This document shows, in pieces, positions 1-16,330 of a DNA stretch of 64,000 nucleotides. The stretch lies in NCBI RefSeq assembly GCF_009914755.1, contig NC_060929.1. The stretch is one strand, 5' to 3'. A model generated the notes under the pieces. That model had not been told where the DNA came from and searched no databases. It worked only from the letters and a program-made list of their open reading frames with translations. Position 1 is the first letter of the stretch; each line of letters opens with the position of its first letter. Origin of the DNA: the human T2T-CHM13v2.0 reference genome, Homo sapiens. The position numbers were made by a program, and so were the translations under genes.

Positions 1-738
1 ATCAAAGAAGAAAACTCAGGAAAAAGTCTTTTGGACATTGGCTAAGCAAAGAATTTATGACCAAGTCCTCAAAAGCAAACACAATGAAACAAAAACATAT
101 GAGACTTAATTTAAAATGCTTCTGCACAGCAAAAGAAACAATCAATAGAGTAAACAGAGAGCCTACAGACTGGGGAAAAAATATTTGCAATCTATGTATC
201 TGAAAATGGGCTAATACCCAGAATGTATAAGGAACTCAATTCAATCAGAAAAAAAGAACAAATAACCTCATTAAAAGTGGCAAAAGATATGAACATATAT
301 TTTTCAAAAGAAGACATACAAGCAGCAAAAATATGAAAAAGTGTTTATTATCACTAGTCATTAAATAAATGCAAATCTAAACTGCAATTAGATGCCATCT
401 TTTATCAGTTGGAATGGCTATCACCAAAAAGTCAAAATACCACAGATGTTGGTGAAGATGCAGAGAAAAGGGAATGTTTATACACTGTTGGTGGGAATGT
501 AAGTTTGTACAGCCTTTATGAAAACCAGTATGGAGATTTCACAAAGAATTAAAAATAGAACTACCATTTGACCCAACAATCCCACTACTGGTTATCTACC
601 GGTTATATAATGGAAAGAAACCATTATATCAAAAAGGTATCTGCACTCATATATTTATCACAGTACTATTCATAATATTAAAGATATTGAATCAGCCTAC
701 GTGTCCATCAGTAGAGGATTGGTTAAAGGAAATGTGAG

Positions 739-785
<47 letters not shown>

Positions 786-1120
786 GGAATACTACTCGGC
801 CATAAAAAATAAAATCTTGTCTTTTGCAGCAACATGGATGGAAATGAAGGCCATTATCCTAAGTGAAGTAACTCAGAAATAGTCAAATACTGCATGTTTT
901 CACAAGTGAGAGCTAAACAATGGGTACACATGGCTATATGGAGTCGAAAAATAGACATGGAAGACAACAAAAGGTAGGGGTGAGGGTTCAACAATTGCCT
1001 ATTGGATATGACGCTATTTTGGTGTTGGGTACACCAAAAACACAGACTTCACCACTATGCAATATATGCATGTAAAGCATCTGCACTTATGCCCCCCAAA
1101 TATATTTTTTAAAAAAGAAA
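1..1120 (+). mobile_element. L1 3' end (ORF2 C-terminus + 3'UTR), L1PB/L1MA-like, decayed
   Basis: Recognisable L1 ORF2 motifs (cttctgcacagcaaaagaaacaatc, gaactaccatttgacccaacaatccc) and an L1PB/MA-type 3'UTR (cagacttcaccactatgcaatata) ending in an A-rich tail. Confidence 0.9.
741..783 (+). repeat. (CA)n microsatellite inside L1
   Basis: About 21 perfect AC units. Confidence 0.98.
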
Positions 1121-1509
1121 GAAAGATGTTCTTTCATCTTCTGGCTTTTACAGTTTCTGATTGGAAGTCTGTCTGTAAACCTATCCTAAAGAGCACTCAC
1201 AACAGTTTGCTTAGGTAACTCTGTCAAGGTGAATTTCTAGACACAATAATTCTATAAAGTGTGTTGTTTCCCAAGACACTACTAAGTGTCCCACTCGGTG
1301 GAATTCTACAACATATGCATATTTATGCTCTCTTCTATAAAACTGTAACTTCTATAAGTGAAAGCTATAAGCCTTATTTATCTCTACAGGTAGTAAATAC
1401 CCAGTAAATACTATAACTTAATAAAGTTTTTGGACTCATTATGCTAAATAAGATATTTGGTTAGAACACCTTAAGTGCCTAAAATAGTATAGATGAGATA
1501 TTAATCATA

Positions 1510-1670
1510 GATACTATTTCTGAGCACCTTATATGTGCCAGACACTGTAACAATCAAATGAGATATGTATTATCATCTTTGTTTTACAGATAAGAAAACA
1601 GAGACTGAAGACTTTATATAAATTGCCCAATCCACACAGCTGGGATGTAGCATAACCAGGATTCAGATTA
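1510..1670 (-). mobile_element. MIR SINE fragment
   Basis: MIR core-like: ttttacagataagaaaacagagact...aattgcccaatccacacagc. Confidence 0.7.
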
Positions 1671-1904
1671 TCTAAGAAGACCTCATGATCTGAAAATCTT
1701 TATAAATGTGCTTCCTCCTTGAGACAGATCATTAAAAGCAGTTATTATGTTTCTATAACACTATGTATCTTGTGTGTATTGCATATCATATCTGTTTAGG
1801 TGCAACTTTGCTTTTCTTTTAAACACTTTTAAGGCTTATCAGAAGCTGCTAGACTTCCTGAAAAATACCATTAAGACTTCCAGGTATTCCAGTATATTTA
1901 AATT

Positions 1905-3510
1905 TCTTATAGTTGCAAGTGACAAAACCTCAACTCAACTAACTTAGGCCAATATGAGAAATTTATTGTCTAATATAAACATCTACAACAAATCCAAGTG
2001 TAGAATTGGACTCAGAGATGACAGAATTTATAAACTTCACCCAGTTATTTCCTTTCACTGATTCTTATCTCTGATTTTTTTCTGCATATCAGATTTTCCT
2101 GTTCCAGATAAATTTCTCCAGAATTGGGAATATGGCTCTAGACCACTCCAGACTAAAAACCTCCCATCTATTTAGCTCAAGAGGCAAAAAGGAGATTCTT
2201 AGAATTTCCAGTTATATCCTACTAAAGACAGATGTAGAGAAATTCTAGGCAGACAGGAGCAGGTCCCAGTGAACCCTACCTTCAAGCTGAAAAGTCTGAA
2301 ACCTGCAGCCCAAAGTGAGAACTTCTATTCCTGTTTGCCCACTCTCTCCTGATCAGTAAAAAGGCATTATTCAGAAAGAGTCAACTGAATGTTGCCTTTT
2401 CCAAAACTACCTATGGCCCGCCCCACCCTGATCCTGTGTCTTTAAAGATCCCAGACTCAGTCAGCAGAGAAGAGAGACTGCCGAATTCTGGGGAAGAGAG
2501 ATGGCTTATCTTTGGGGACAAGGCAGCCAGACTTCAGGGAGAAGACAACCTGATATCAGGGAAGACTACCTGCCGTTCATTCCCTTCTGTAGCTCCCCTC
2601 TCCTCTCTACTGAGAGCCATTTCCATAGCTCAATAAAATTCTCCACTTTCACTGTCCTTCAAGTGTCTGCCTGACCTCATTCTTCTTGTATTCTGACAAC
2701 AGCTCGGGGCCCACCAAGTGCAGGTACTCAGAAAGGCTGTCACACTGGCACTGTGCCCTCACTGGTGGAGGGCAGTTGCCCCACGTGAGGAGGCAAGAGC
2801 CCAACTGAGTTGTTAACACACAAGCATCCACAGACAGTGGAGCTAAGAGAGCACTGTAACACGCCCTGTGGGGCTTCAGAGTTGCAAGCACCCCCACCTG
2901 GGCACCGGCACAGTTCACACCCAGAGTTTGCTTCTGCTGGTGCCTGCAGCAGCTGGCCGGATCCCACACTTGTTCAGTCACACCTGGTCTGGTCGTGGGC
3001 CCCGCAAGGAGCTTGCTCCTATGGCGCCCGGAGTGGCTGGCTGGTCAGATCCTGCACTCACTCGTTCATGCCTGGTCTGGCCTGCTGTGGGCCCTGCATG
3101 GAGCCTATTCCTGTGACAGCGCCCAGAGTGGCCGTCCGGGTCTCGCACTCACTCGCTCACGTGCTCCTTTCTGCATGGGGTTGAGGGCCGTGGGCAGAGT
3201 AAACGCTCACCCCTGTTGCAAGTCTGATAAAGAGGACAAGAAAAATCCTATATCACTAAGATGTCTTCTGGTTCAGCCTGAGTCACCCATTTGGTGTTAG
3301 GAAGATCACTGTGGCCTCGGGAATGGGGCAATCAGTTGGTCTCAGTATGAGTCAGGGACGCACCCAACTTCTGACTAGTGAAGTGGTATACTAATGACAG
3401 TCCCCACTAGAAACACATGGATGGAATGGGGAAGGAGAAATTCCACAAAAGAAGAGGATATTGTTATTAGAATAACGTAATGAGGGGCAGAGTGCTGGTT
3501 AACAGAACAG
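1905..3510 (-). mobile_element. MLT1 (ERVL-MaLR) LTR relic, split by the ERV1 LTR at 2226-3255
   Basis: gttgcaagtgacaaaacctcaactcaact start; continues after 3255 with MLT1-like sequence; strand is tentative. Confidence 0.55.
2226..3255 (+). mobile_element. ERV1-class solo LTR (LTR1/LTR27/LTR28/MER52 group)
   Basis: gagaaattctaggcagac start, AATAAA at about 2633, GC-rich body, ends aaaatcctatatca; ctaa flanks both ends (possible 4-bp TSD). Confidence 0.8.
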
Positions 3511-6219
3511 TTTCTGTACACTATATCATGCAAGCATTCCCAGACACTAGGATTTTGGTGAGGTTTTTTTTTTTTTTTTTTTTGAATGAGGATTAAGGCA
3601 ATGAGGTGCTTAATTGAATGATTATCCAGCTTCCCACTAGTCTTAGAGATCTAGCTACACCACCTATACAAGAAGTGGAATTAGATGCACATTTGATTGT
3701 ATAGGCAAATACCACTATTTCCATATGATTAGAAAATCTGGCTCAGTTTTTCAATAAATGTATATTTGGGATGAAGACTACTTGAGTAACAATAATCATA
3801 TTTCAGATAAAACATATGGGCCATTATGTTACCCATAAGCTACACCCAGAAATAATTCTCAATTTGAAGTCAAGAAGTTGCATTTTAAAAATTTCACAGA
3901 ACTTACAATGCTACAACAGGGTTTAATTCTTCACAAAAACTAATGTCACTGAAAGAATGTCAAGCTGCAGGTCAAAGAATACATGACTTTGAAGATTGAA
4001 CTCTCAATTTTAGATTCCTCTTTAATTCATGTTACGTTATACCATAATATGAGAAAAGAAAGAAGCTGCATATGTTGTCACACTTAATGGCAAACATTAC
4101 ATAGAATTGGCTAATTAAATAATAAGTGGATTCTGACTTATATTGAGGTGAATGTCAGAATTCATCAGTGTGAGTATTATTTGACAGAGGTGATAAGTTT
4201 CGTTCTCTGGGGTTGATATTTTTCAATACGCTTATGCATCCTAGGGCATTTAAAAGTAATACATTGAGAAGCTAGATTAGCCGCAGTCTGATTTACTGAT
4301 ACCTTTAGGGTGGACACTCTAATTAGCACATATCTGGGATCTTTAAATTACTTAAGCTGTATTAATGCAAACTGAAAAGAGATAGAGAAGATAATAGTAA
4401 GTGATTATATGCATAAATGTGCTTGATATAGACAGAAATGCTGATGGAGCTGGAATGGGGCAAGAAAGCAAAACTCTTATATTAAGAGAGTTTCTAAGAA
4501 TGAAGAAAATGAAGACAGGCTATTTTTAGGGTTTACAGTTCACTATCAAAACCTTAATGGAAAAAATGCCAATGAAGTAAATTTCAAGTAGTCAATACAA
4601 ATATTTTGTAGTAAATCATTGATTTAAATCATAAATGGTATAAGAAAGTGAATATACAGAGAGGTTTTATGTTTATGGAGTTCTTTCAATCAGTTTTAGT
4701 TATCTTTTTTCCTCCATCTATGACATTTTCCTTCTGTCATCACCTCCATGTTTCTCCAGACCGCATTATCTAAATCTGTTGTAAGAAGTGATAGACCACA
4801 CACTAGACTGCAGGAAATATTATGAGCTTATTTATTTTTAATGCAAACATTAAAAATAAGGAAATAAATTTATTTTAAGCATCAATCTATTTATAAGTAT
4901 TAAGAATATAAATAGAAATTTAAGGTAAGTACAGTATTATTGGCATTGAGACTTCTCTACCCATGTAACCTTAGAATTTATGAAGTCATAGGGATAATCT
5001 GATAAAGCCTTAAGTGTTAGATTTACAGAATCTGATGAAACCTACTGACCTCATGACATACAATGGAATCATGGCAAATATACTATGTAATTGTAGCAAG
5101 CTGAGCACTCAAGAGTTTAACAAAACATTTTAACTACTAAGGCTCTTTCCCTATTGAAGCAGTCTTCACTTTGCCACCCAGTGTAGGCTTCTCATCATTA
5201 TCAAGCATCCAAAGAGAAAGCCTGCAAATAAAAACTTTATTTCCAATTTGGAGATATTGTTTTTAGTAGCCCCATCCTCTGAGGAATTGTAGATGGTGAC
5301 CTCTGATAGCTCCAGCCAATCCACACTTAAATGTTGGAGGACTTAAGTATCTGGGCTCCAGGGGTACCATTCAGATCATATTTGTTTTCCCTAATGTCAA
5401 ACACTAATAAATAAGTTGAACACCAGAATATTTTGGTGCTTTGTAGCTGATATGTTAAATCTTAAGAATATAGTTTATTGCTTAAAATGCAGGGTGCTTA
5501 AAGAGCAGTAGTAATTGTCATAAAACACATTATCTATAAAGGGCAAAGGGCCGAGGGCATTATTTAGTGTGCAAGAATGGAGAGAAAGGCCAGAGTAATA
5601 AGGGAGATGTGAGTTCTTCACTGCAAGATCTTTGCCTATGGATCAGGGCACATAATTGATCCTCCCAAATCAATTTTTATACCTCAATTTCAAAGTCTTT
5701 TTAATACTTCTACCAAGAGATAAAGCTTAGATTTCTTTTGCCTTATTATTTCGTATTTGTTGAACTCCATCTTGGAGGTTACCTAAGTATTCATTAACTC
5801 TCTCAAATTATTGATGAGCAATAGAGTAAAGCAGAAAGCAATATAATTTTCTTACCAATTTTATCAACACCAGTAGAAGCAGTAGTAGCAGCAACAAACA
5901 AAAATTTTTGTGTTAGGCACTAAGGATGAAGAAAAACACACAGGTCAGCCCCTTAATGGGTTCATAGTTAATTTCTAAGTGACCTTTCCAAAAGAATGTG
6001 TTTGAGTACATTGGATGCAAAACAAAAAGATTATCTACTTAGGAATGGTGCCTTTTAACTTTCATAAATTACTAAAGTATTAAATACTTTTCATCATTTA
6101 GAATAACATTCGTAAATGTGTCTTAATAAAAAAAAACCTACCAACAACAAAAATCTCACATACACAGTAGCTCGATTCAGCTTTTTCACAGACTCTTACA
6201 TTTTTTAAAATGCTAATAC

Positions 6220-6589
6220 TCACAGCCATGAAAAAAGAATGAAATGATATCCTTTGCAGGAACATGGATGCAGCTGGAAGCCATTATCCTAAGAGCATTA
6301 ATGCAAGAACAGATAACCACCAGTTATAAGTGGGAGCTATACATTGGGCACTCAAGGACATAAAGATGGCAATAATAGATACTGGGGACTACTAGACAGG
6401 AGAGGAAGAGACGGGGGCAAGGACTAAAAAACTAACTATTCGATACTAGGCTCACCCTCTAGGTGACAGGATCAATTGTATCCCAAACCTCAGCATCATG
6501 CAATATACCCATGTAACAGCCTGCACATGTGCTCCCTGAATCTTAAAAAAATGTTGAAGTTATAAGAAAAAATAAAAAATAAAAAAGGG
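6220..6589 (+). mobile_element. 5'-truncated L1 (L1PA15/16- or L1PB-like 3' end)
   Basis: L1 3'UTR plus A tail; 13-bp TSD aaaatgctaatac at 6207-6219 and 6590-6602. Confidence 0.9.
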
Positions 6590-7279
6590 AAAATGCTAAT
6601 ACAATTTAGAGTTTAATAATTAAAATAAAACTACTAAGAGACTTTTTAACTTTTGTAAGCCATACCTATTATGAATTTAAGCCATCAGGGTACTCATTTT
6701 TATTAATTATTTAAAAGAGAGGGTAGATTCTTATAAGTACCTAGGCAAAATTCAAGGAGCAGTTGGGTATCTGTAAGAAACAAATTTACTATTCAGAGCA
6801 TGGAATGATGGTCTAGTTACAATTATACCTCAGAAGAATTGCAATTTAAAGATAAACAAATCTCCAGTATGTTTAAACATTGTATGATATTATACTTAGT
6901 ATGGAAAGTAGTCTTCAAAATAATATGTATAGTATGATCTCAACTGGGGGGAGACTGTATGTATATATTTATAAAAAGATACACATTAAAATGTAAAGAT
7001 AGTGGTAGATGTAACTCATGAACATTAGCTGCTTCTTCATAATTTTCCTTGTTTCCCAAAATTTCAAAAAAATACTATTATTATGTTAAAAGTTATTAAA
7101 AATAAGGTTGTCGATGGGTTATGAATATGTGTGGCTGATACACAGTTTGGGTAAATCTTTGAATGAAGTTTGAGTCCTGTGCAACAATCTGCACTGTTCA
7201 TTGTGAAATGTGGCATGAGTAGTGCACTGGAACTTTTAGTCACAGCTGCACTTCCAAATCACAGTATGTTACCTTACAG

Positions 7280-7326
7280 TGTTATAAGCAAAAACCAGCT
7301 GCAAGCAGAGAAATGTTGTTCAGATG
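7280..7326 (+). other. Candidate 47-nt internal exon of an unidentified host transcript
   Basis: Acceptor ...ccttacAG and consensus donor ATG|GTAAGT in non-repeat DNA; open in two frames (VISKNQLQAEKCCSD or CYKQKPAASREMLFR). Confidence 0.3.
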
Positions 7327-7926
7327 GTAAGTATTGGCAAGCTATTCAAATAAGAAATAAAACTGGTATTTTAAAAAGCTATTAAATGTATGTATAGATA
7401 ATGACAAAGATATAAAACTGATAGTATCTTTTCCTTTTAAAATATAGAATCAGTTAATTTGAACATCATGTAATTGTGCAAGCAAAATTTCCCACTTATT
7501 TCTTGTCATGGTTCACTAGTATAAAGAATAGTTTCATTTCTCTTATTTGTAAAAAAATGAGCATACTAAGAAAATAAAAACAAGTATTTAAAAACTCTAA
7601 AGCAAATCAGCCTTCCAAAGTATAGTATGCATATTTACTCATAGGTTAAAATAAATAATTTGGCTATAGCACAAAATGCAATTTATTTTCCTGGAACAAA
7701 TACTAATATCTGTTTCTTTATGGATCATGGTGATTATATTATTTACATAAGGTAGATGAATAATTGAGATCAATACATGAAAATTTATCCATATATGAAA
7801 TTTTTGTATGTTAATCATATTTCCCATTTAAAATTCTAAGATCCATTGCAATGTATAAATGATGGCTACAAGACATAACAAAACTGTCCTTTAGAATTAA
7901 AAAATAATTACCTATTTATACATTTT

Positions 7927-8238
7927 ATTTTTATATTTATATTTATATATTTTTTAGATGGAATCTTGCTCTGTTGCCCAGGCTGGAGTACAGGGGCGTG
8001 ATCTCAGCTCACTGCAACCTCCATCTCCTGGGTTCATGCAATTCTCCTGCCTCAGCCTCTACGAGTAGCTGGGATTACAGGCATGCACCACGATGCCCAG
8101 CTAATTTTTGTGTTTTCAGTAGAAAGGGGGTTTCGCCATGTTGGCCAGGCTGGTCTCAAACTCCTGACCTCAAGTGATTCACCTGCCCGCAGCCTCCCAA
8201 AGTGCTGGGATTATAAGCATGAGCTACCACGCCTGGCC
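7927..8238 (-). mobile_element. AluS element
   Basis: Dimeric Alu; 16-bp TSD cctat(t/a)tatacatttt at 7911-7926 and 8239-8254. Confidence 0.95.
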
Positions 8239-8959
8239 CCTATATATACATTTTTTGAAATTACTGGGAAGATGGCAGCTAAATTATACCACTGTTGTCC
8301 TATGTATGTCCTTAATTACTGTTTAGATAAATCCATTTCCTGAGTCAGCAGCTGCTATGTTGATAGGCAGAGGTATGGGGATATGTGACACTAGAAGCCT
8401 TGAGGTTTTCCAGGTCTGGAAAGAGAGGACGTATTGAAATTGTCCTCCTGGAATAGACAATAGATTGTGCACCAGTAGCAAAGAACCCTGAAGCAACAAG
8501 TGGGGAGAATGTTTAGACTAATTTTGGCTCATGGAGACTCTTGTGACTATCTCTAGGGGCTGTATTCAAGCCTGATGGATCTGAGAAGATACAGGGAATC
8601 TTATTAAGTGGGCTAGTGAGTTTTCTCTACCTTGTAGATAGAATGGCTAGAAAACTTGTCTTTAAAACAGAAGAGTCTAGAAGCAGAGAGATTTCTTTAC
8701 ATTGTCAGATAGAATACTGGTAACTTGCTGGCTGCTCTGCAGCTAAGCTCACTGAGGTAAAGGCCACTGAGATTACCTCTCTCACCACTCTTAGAATTGA
8801 CACTGCCTAAGGTAGCCCAGCGGCTGGCTGAATCCTGGTGAGTAGTCAAAGAAAAATACCAAATCACTTAAGGAGATACAGCACTCATGAGAAAAAAAAA
8901 AAAAGAAAAAAGAAAGAAAAAACTAGAAGAAAAGAAGAACTGCTGGAAGAAACAAATGA

Positions 8960-10330
8960 AAACTTAAATTTAAAATGTAAGTAAAGATCAATAACCTAAA
9001 TGTACATCTTAAGAATTAGAAAAAACAAAGAGCAAACTAAGTCAAAAGATGAAAGGGTACTTCCTCAATATGATACAGGGTATTGTGGAAAACCCACAGC
9101 TATGCACATTATGCAATGTCAAAGAATAAAAGCATTTTCTCTAAGGTCAGGGACAAAACAAGGAGGCTGCCTTGACCATTGCTATTCAAAATTGTACTGG
9201 AAGTTCTAGCCAGAGTAATTGGGCAAGAAAAAGAAACAAAAGGTATTGAAATTGAAGTAAAAGAGTAAAACTGTTTCCAGATGACATAATAGAAAATCCC
9301 AATAATCCATAAAAAAGCTACTAAATCTAATAAACAAATTCAGCAAAGTTTTTGAGTACAAGATAATGCATAGAAACCAACTGTGCTCTTATACACTGCC
9401 AATAAACAATCTGATAAAGAAATTAAGAAATTAAGTAAATTTCTGGTAGCATCCAAAGGAATAAAGTGCCCCCCAAAAATTAGCCAAGTAGATTATGATG
9501 GTTAATTTTATGTGTCAACTTTACTGGGCTAAGCAATGCCCGCATAGTTGATAAAATATTTCTGGATGTGTCTGTGAGGATGTTTTCAGAAGAAATTAGT
9601 ATTTGAAGTGGTAGGCTGAGTAAAGATTATCCTCACTGATGTGGGTGAACATCATCCAATCCACGGAAGGCTGAACAGAACAAAAAGGCAGAGGAAGAGT
9701 AACTTGGCCTATGCTTGGGCTGGGGCATCCATTTTCTCCTGCCCTCAGACATCAGTGGTCTTTGTTTTCAGGCTTTCAGACTTAGACTGGGACTTACACT
9801 ATTAGCCCTCCAGTTCTCAGGCTTTCAAATTTGGAATGAAACTATATCATCAGCTTTCTGGTGTCTTCAGCTTGCAAATGGCAGATCATGAGACTTCTCA
9901 ACCTCAGTAATTGTGTGAGCCAATGCTACATAATAAATCTCTTTCTATATATTTCTATATATAGATATCCTATTGGTTCTGTCTCTCTGGAGAACCCTGA
10001 TTAATACAGATGTGAGAGACTTGTACACTGAAAACTACAACACATTACTGAAATAAATTTAAGAATACTTAAATGAATTGAAATATATTAGTGTTAATAA
10101 ATTTGAAAACTTAATGTTGCTATAATGTCATACTACCCAAATAAATCTATATATTCAATGCAATCTCTAGGAAAATTCCAATGACATATTTTTTAAAAAA
10201 GAAAAAGCTAATTCTCAAACTCATATGGAATTGTGAGTGTCTCCTAATAGCCAAAACAATCTTGAAAAAGAAGAGTAATTTTGGAGGACTCATATTTTCT
10301 GATTTAAAAACTTTTTACAAAGACTACACT
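8960..10330 (+). mobile_element. Old L1M (L1MB-like) ORF2 fragment, interrupted by MLT2; resumes at about 23740
   Basis: Degenerate ORF2 RT region (QRIKAFSLRSGTKQG, LKLIWN...AKTILKKK). Confidence 0.8.
9494..10008 (+). mobile_element. MLT2 (ERVL) solo LTR
   Basis: tgatggttaattttatgtgtcaac start and tcctattggttctgtctctctggagaaccctgattaataca end, typical of MLT2. Confidence 0.9.
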
Positions 10331-10392
10331 TTCAGGGATTATTTCTATAGTTCATTCCTAGAGAAATTTCTCTGAACATGTAGAGCATGAAA

Positions 10393-13458
<3,066 letters not shown>

Positions 13459-13971
13459 TGTTGGGAGCAGGCCCCCCAAAATCTGGCCAGAAACTGGTCC
13501 CAAAACTGGCCATAAACAAAATCTCTGCAGGACTATAACATGTTCATAATGGCCTTAATGCCCAAGCTGGAAGGTTGTGGGTTTAGGGGAATGAGGGCAA
13601 GGAAAACCTGGCCCACCCAGGGCAGAAAACCACTTAAAGGCATTCTTAAGCCACAAACAATAGCATGAGCAATCTGTGCCTTAAGGACATGCTCCTGCTG
13701 CAGTTAACTAACCCAACCTATTTCTTTAATTTGGCCTATCCTTTCATTTCCCATAAGGGATACTTTTAGTTAATCAAATATCTATAGAAACAATGCTAAT
13801 GATTGGCTTGCTGTTAATAAATATGTGAGTAAATCTCTGTTCGAGGCTCTGAGCTCAGAAGGCTGTGAGACCCCTGATTTCCCACTTCACATCTCTATAT
13901 TTCTGTGTGTGTGTCTTTAATTCCTCTAGTGCCACTGGGTTAGGGTCTCCCTGACCAAACTGGTCTTGGCA
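13459..13971 (+). repeat. 5' LTR (MER9a-like)
   Basis: TGttgggagcagg...ttggCA; about 40 substitutions (~8%) versus the 3' LTR by manual count. Confidence 0.95.
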
Positions 13972-13973
13972 AG

Positions 13974-13991
13974 TGGCGTCCATCATGGGGG
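13974..13991 (+). promoter_or_regulatory. Primer binding site (tRNA-Lys-like)
   Basis: TGGCGTCCATCATGGGGG 2 nt after the 5' LTR; resembles the HERV-K PBS TGGCGCCCAACGTGGGGC. Confidence 0.85.
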
Positions 13992-14118
13992 CTGGAATCC
14001 AGGTTGAAGGGTCACTGGAGCAATGGTTGGAATGGAAAACTAGCTGGAGGACACCTGAGTACTCTTAAAGAAATCCTGTGGTGAGTAAGAAGAGGAGCTC
14101 AGAAGTGTCAGGGTAACA

Positions 14119-15443
14119 ATGGGACAAGTGTGGGGTCTGGTTCATTTCACCTTGGAACTTTTTCAGACTGATGATGAGGAGGAACAAGAGTATAGCAAAG
14201 TAACAGAAGAGGTTACAGAGCATGTTTATTTGCCAGCTAAAGCTAAAGTGGCAAAGGAGGGAGAGGTTCATCACTACCTTTCTACACCTCCTCATTATTA
14301 TTTTGAAGAAAAAGACCCTCCAGATCTTTCTTTTCCAGAGAGCACTGGGTGAAAAGTAGTCTCCCCAGTGACTGTTTGAGCAGTGCCTCAAGCAACCGCT
14401 CTTAGTTCTATTCAGGCAGGATTTCAGCAAACTAGATGAGAGGGTGATTTAGAGGCTTGGCAGTTCCCTGTTAGAATACACCCCCAGATCAAGAGGGAAA
14501 TATTATAGCTACACTTGAGCCTTTTCCTTTTAAATTACCCAAAGAATTTAAACTAGCTATAAATCAGTATGGACCAGGTTCTCCTTTTGTAATGGGACTG
14601 TTAAAGAATGTTGCTGTTCCCAGTTGGATGATACCTACTGACTGGGATGCTCTTACTTGAGCTTGTCTAACTCCTGCTCAGTTCTTACAATTTAAAACTT
14701 GGTGGGCAGATGAAGCTTCCATTCAGGCTGCTCAAAATGCCCAGGCCCAACCTCAAATTAATATAACTGCAGACCAGCTTTTGGGGGTTGGTGGCTGGGC
14801 TGATTTAGATGCACATCTGGTCATGCAGGATGATGCCATAGAACAGCTTAGTGGAGTGTGCATTAGAGCTTGGGAAAAAATCACTTCAGGTGGGGAACAA
14901 TACCTTTCCTTTAGTGCTATAAAACAGGGACCAAGAGAACCATATGTTGATTTTATAGCTCGGTTACAGGAGTCTCTTAAAAAGATGATTGCAGATTTGG
15001 CTGCTCAGGATATAATGTTGCAGTTATTAGCTTTTGAAAATGCTAATCCTGATTGCCAGGCTGCTCTGCGACCTATCAGAGGGAAAGCATATTTAGTTGA
15101 TTATATCAAGGCCTGTGATGGTATCGGAGGTAATCTGCATAAAGCTACTCTGCTAGCACAGGCAATGGCAGGACTGAGAGTGGATAAAGGAAATACTCCA
15201 TTTCCTGGAGCTTGTTTTAACTGTGGGAAGTATGGTCATACTAAAAAAGAATGTAGAAAAAATCAGGGAGTCAGGCTGCCAGATAGGGGAAAAAAGAAAA
15301 AAACTGCTGAGCCTGAAATGTGTCCAAAATGTAAAAAAAAAAAAAAAAAAAATTGGGCTAATCAGTGTCACTCTAAGTTTGATAAAGGTGGGAACCCGGT
15401 TTCGGGAAACACCATGAGGGGCCCGTCCTGGGCCCCATTCTAA
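14119..15443 (+). pseudogene. gag: HML-3 gag (myristoylation MG start, capsid MHR, two zinc knuckles), disrupted
   Basis: MGQVW start, IKQGPREPYVDFIARL (MHR), CFNCGKYGHTKKEC; stops and frameshifts; second knuckle damaged by a poly-A run. Confidence 0.92.
15404..15437 (+). promoter_or_regulatory. gag-pro -1 ribosomal frameshift signal
   Basis: Slippery heptamer GGGAAAC (15404-15410) followed by a ggggccc...gggcccc stem, as in betaretroviruses. Confidence 0.7.
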
Positions 15444-16330
15444 ACTGGGGCATTTCCAGCTCAGGCCATTACCTCACACCAGTACAATGTCTGTCCCCCA
15501 CCACAGCCAGTAGTGTCACAGTAGATTTATGCTGCACAAAAGCTGTGAGCCTTCTGCCTGGGGAACCCCCGCAAAAGGTCCCAACAGGAGTCTGTGGACC
15601 CTGGCCAGCGGGGACAATAGGATTACTTTTAGGAAGGTCTAGTTTAGGTTTAAAAGGGATACAAGTACATACAGGAGTAATTGATTCAGATTACAATGGG
15701 AAAATTCAAATTGTTATATCTACTTCTGTTCCCTGGAAAACAGAGCCAAGAGAGTGCATAGCACAGATCCTGATTGTGCCATATGTGGGAATGGGGAAAA
15801 GTGAAATTAAATGAACAGGAAGATTTGGAAGCACAAATAAACAAGGTAAAGCAGCTTAGTGGGTAAATCAAATTACTGATAAACATCCTACCTGTGAAAT
15901 AACTATTCAGGGAAAGAAATGTAAAGCTTTGGTAGATATAGGAGTGGACATTTCAATCATTTCTCTACAGCACTGGCCATCCACATGGCCAATTCAACTG
16001 GCTCAATTTAACATAGTTGGAGTTGGTAAAGCCCCTGAAGTATAACAAAGTAGTTATATTTTGCATTGTCAAGGGCCTGATGGACAACTTGGGACTATTC
16101 AACCAATTATAACTTCTGTACCTACAAATTTATGGGGAAGAGATTTATTACAACAATGGGGAGCACAAGTTCTAATTCCAGAACAATTATATAGCCCTCA
16201 AAGTCAACCTACAATGCATGAAATGGGGTATCTCCCTAGTATAGGACTAGGAAAGAATTTGCAAGATTTGAAAAAACTGCTTCAAATGGAAAAACAAAGT
16301 TCTCTCCAACAATTAGGAAATAATTTTTGA
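15410..16330 (+). pseudogene. pro: HML-3 pro (dUTPase, aspartic protease, G-patch), disrupted
   Basis: GRSSL and GVIDSDY dUTPase motifs; protease active site mutated to LVDIG; NLWGRDLL; MGYLPSIGLGK G-patch. Confidence 0.9.

Noticed and set aside
2436-3300. Cluster of overlapping GC-rich ORFs (66-124 aa)
   Set aside because: All lie within or overlap an ERV1 solo LTR; GC-rich sequence has few stops; no domain motif.
4760-4924. Acceptor (tttctccAG) and perfect AAG|GTAAGT donor pair
   Set aside because: The enclosed sequence is very AT-rich with multiple stop codons; such motifs arise by chance.
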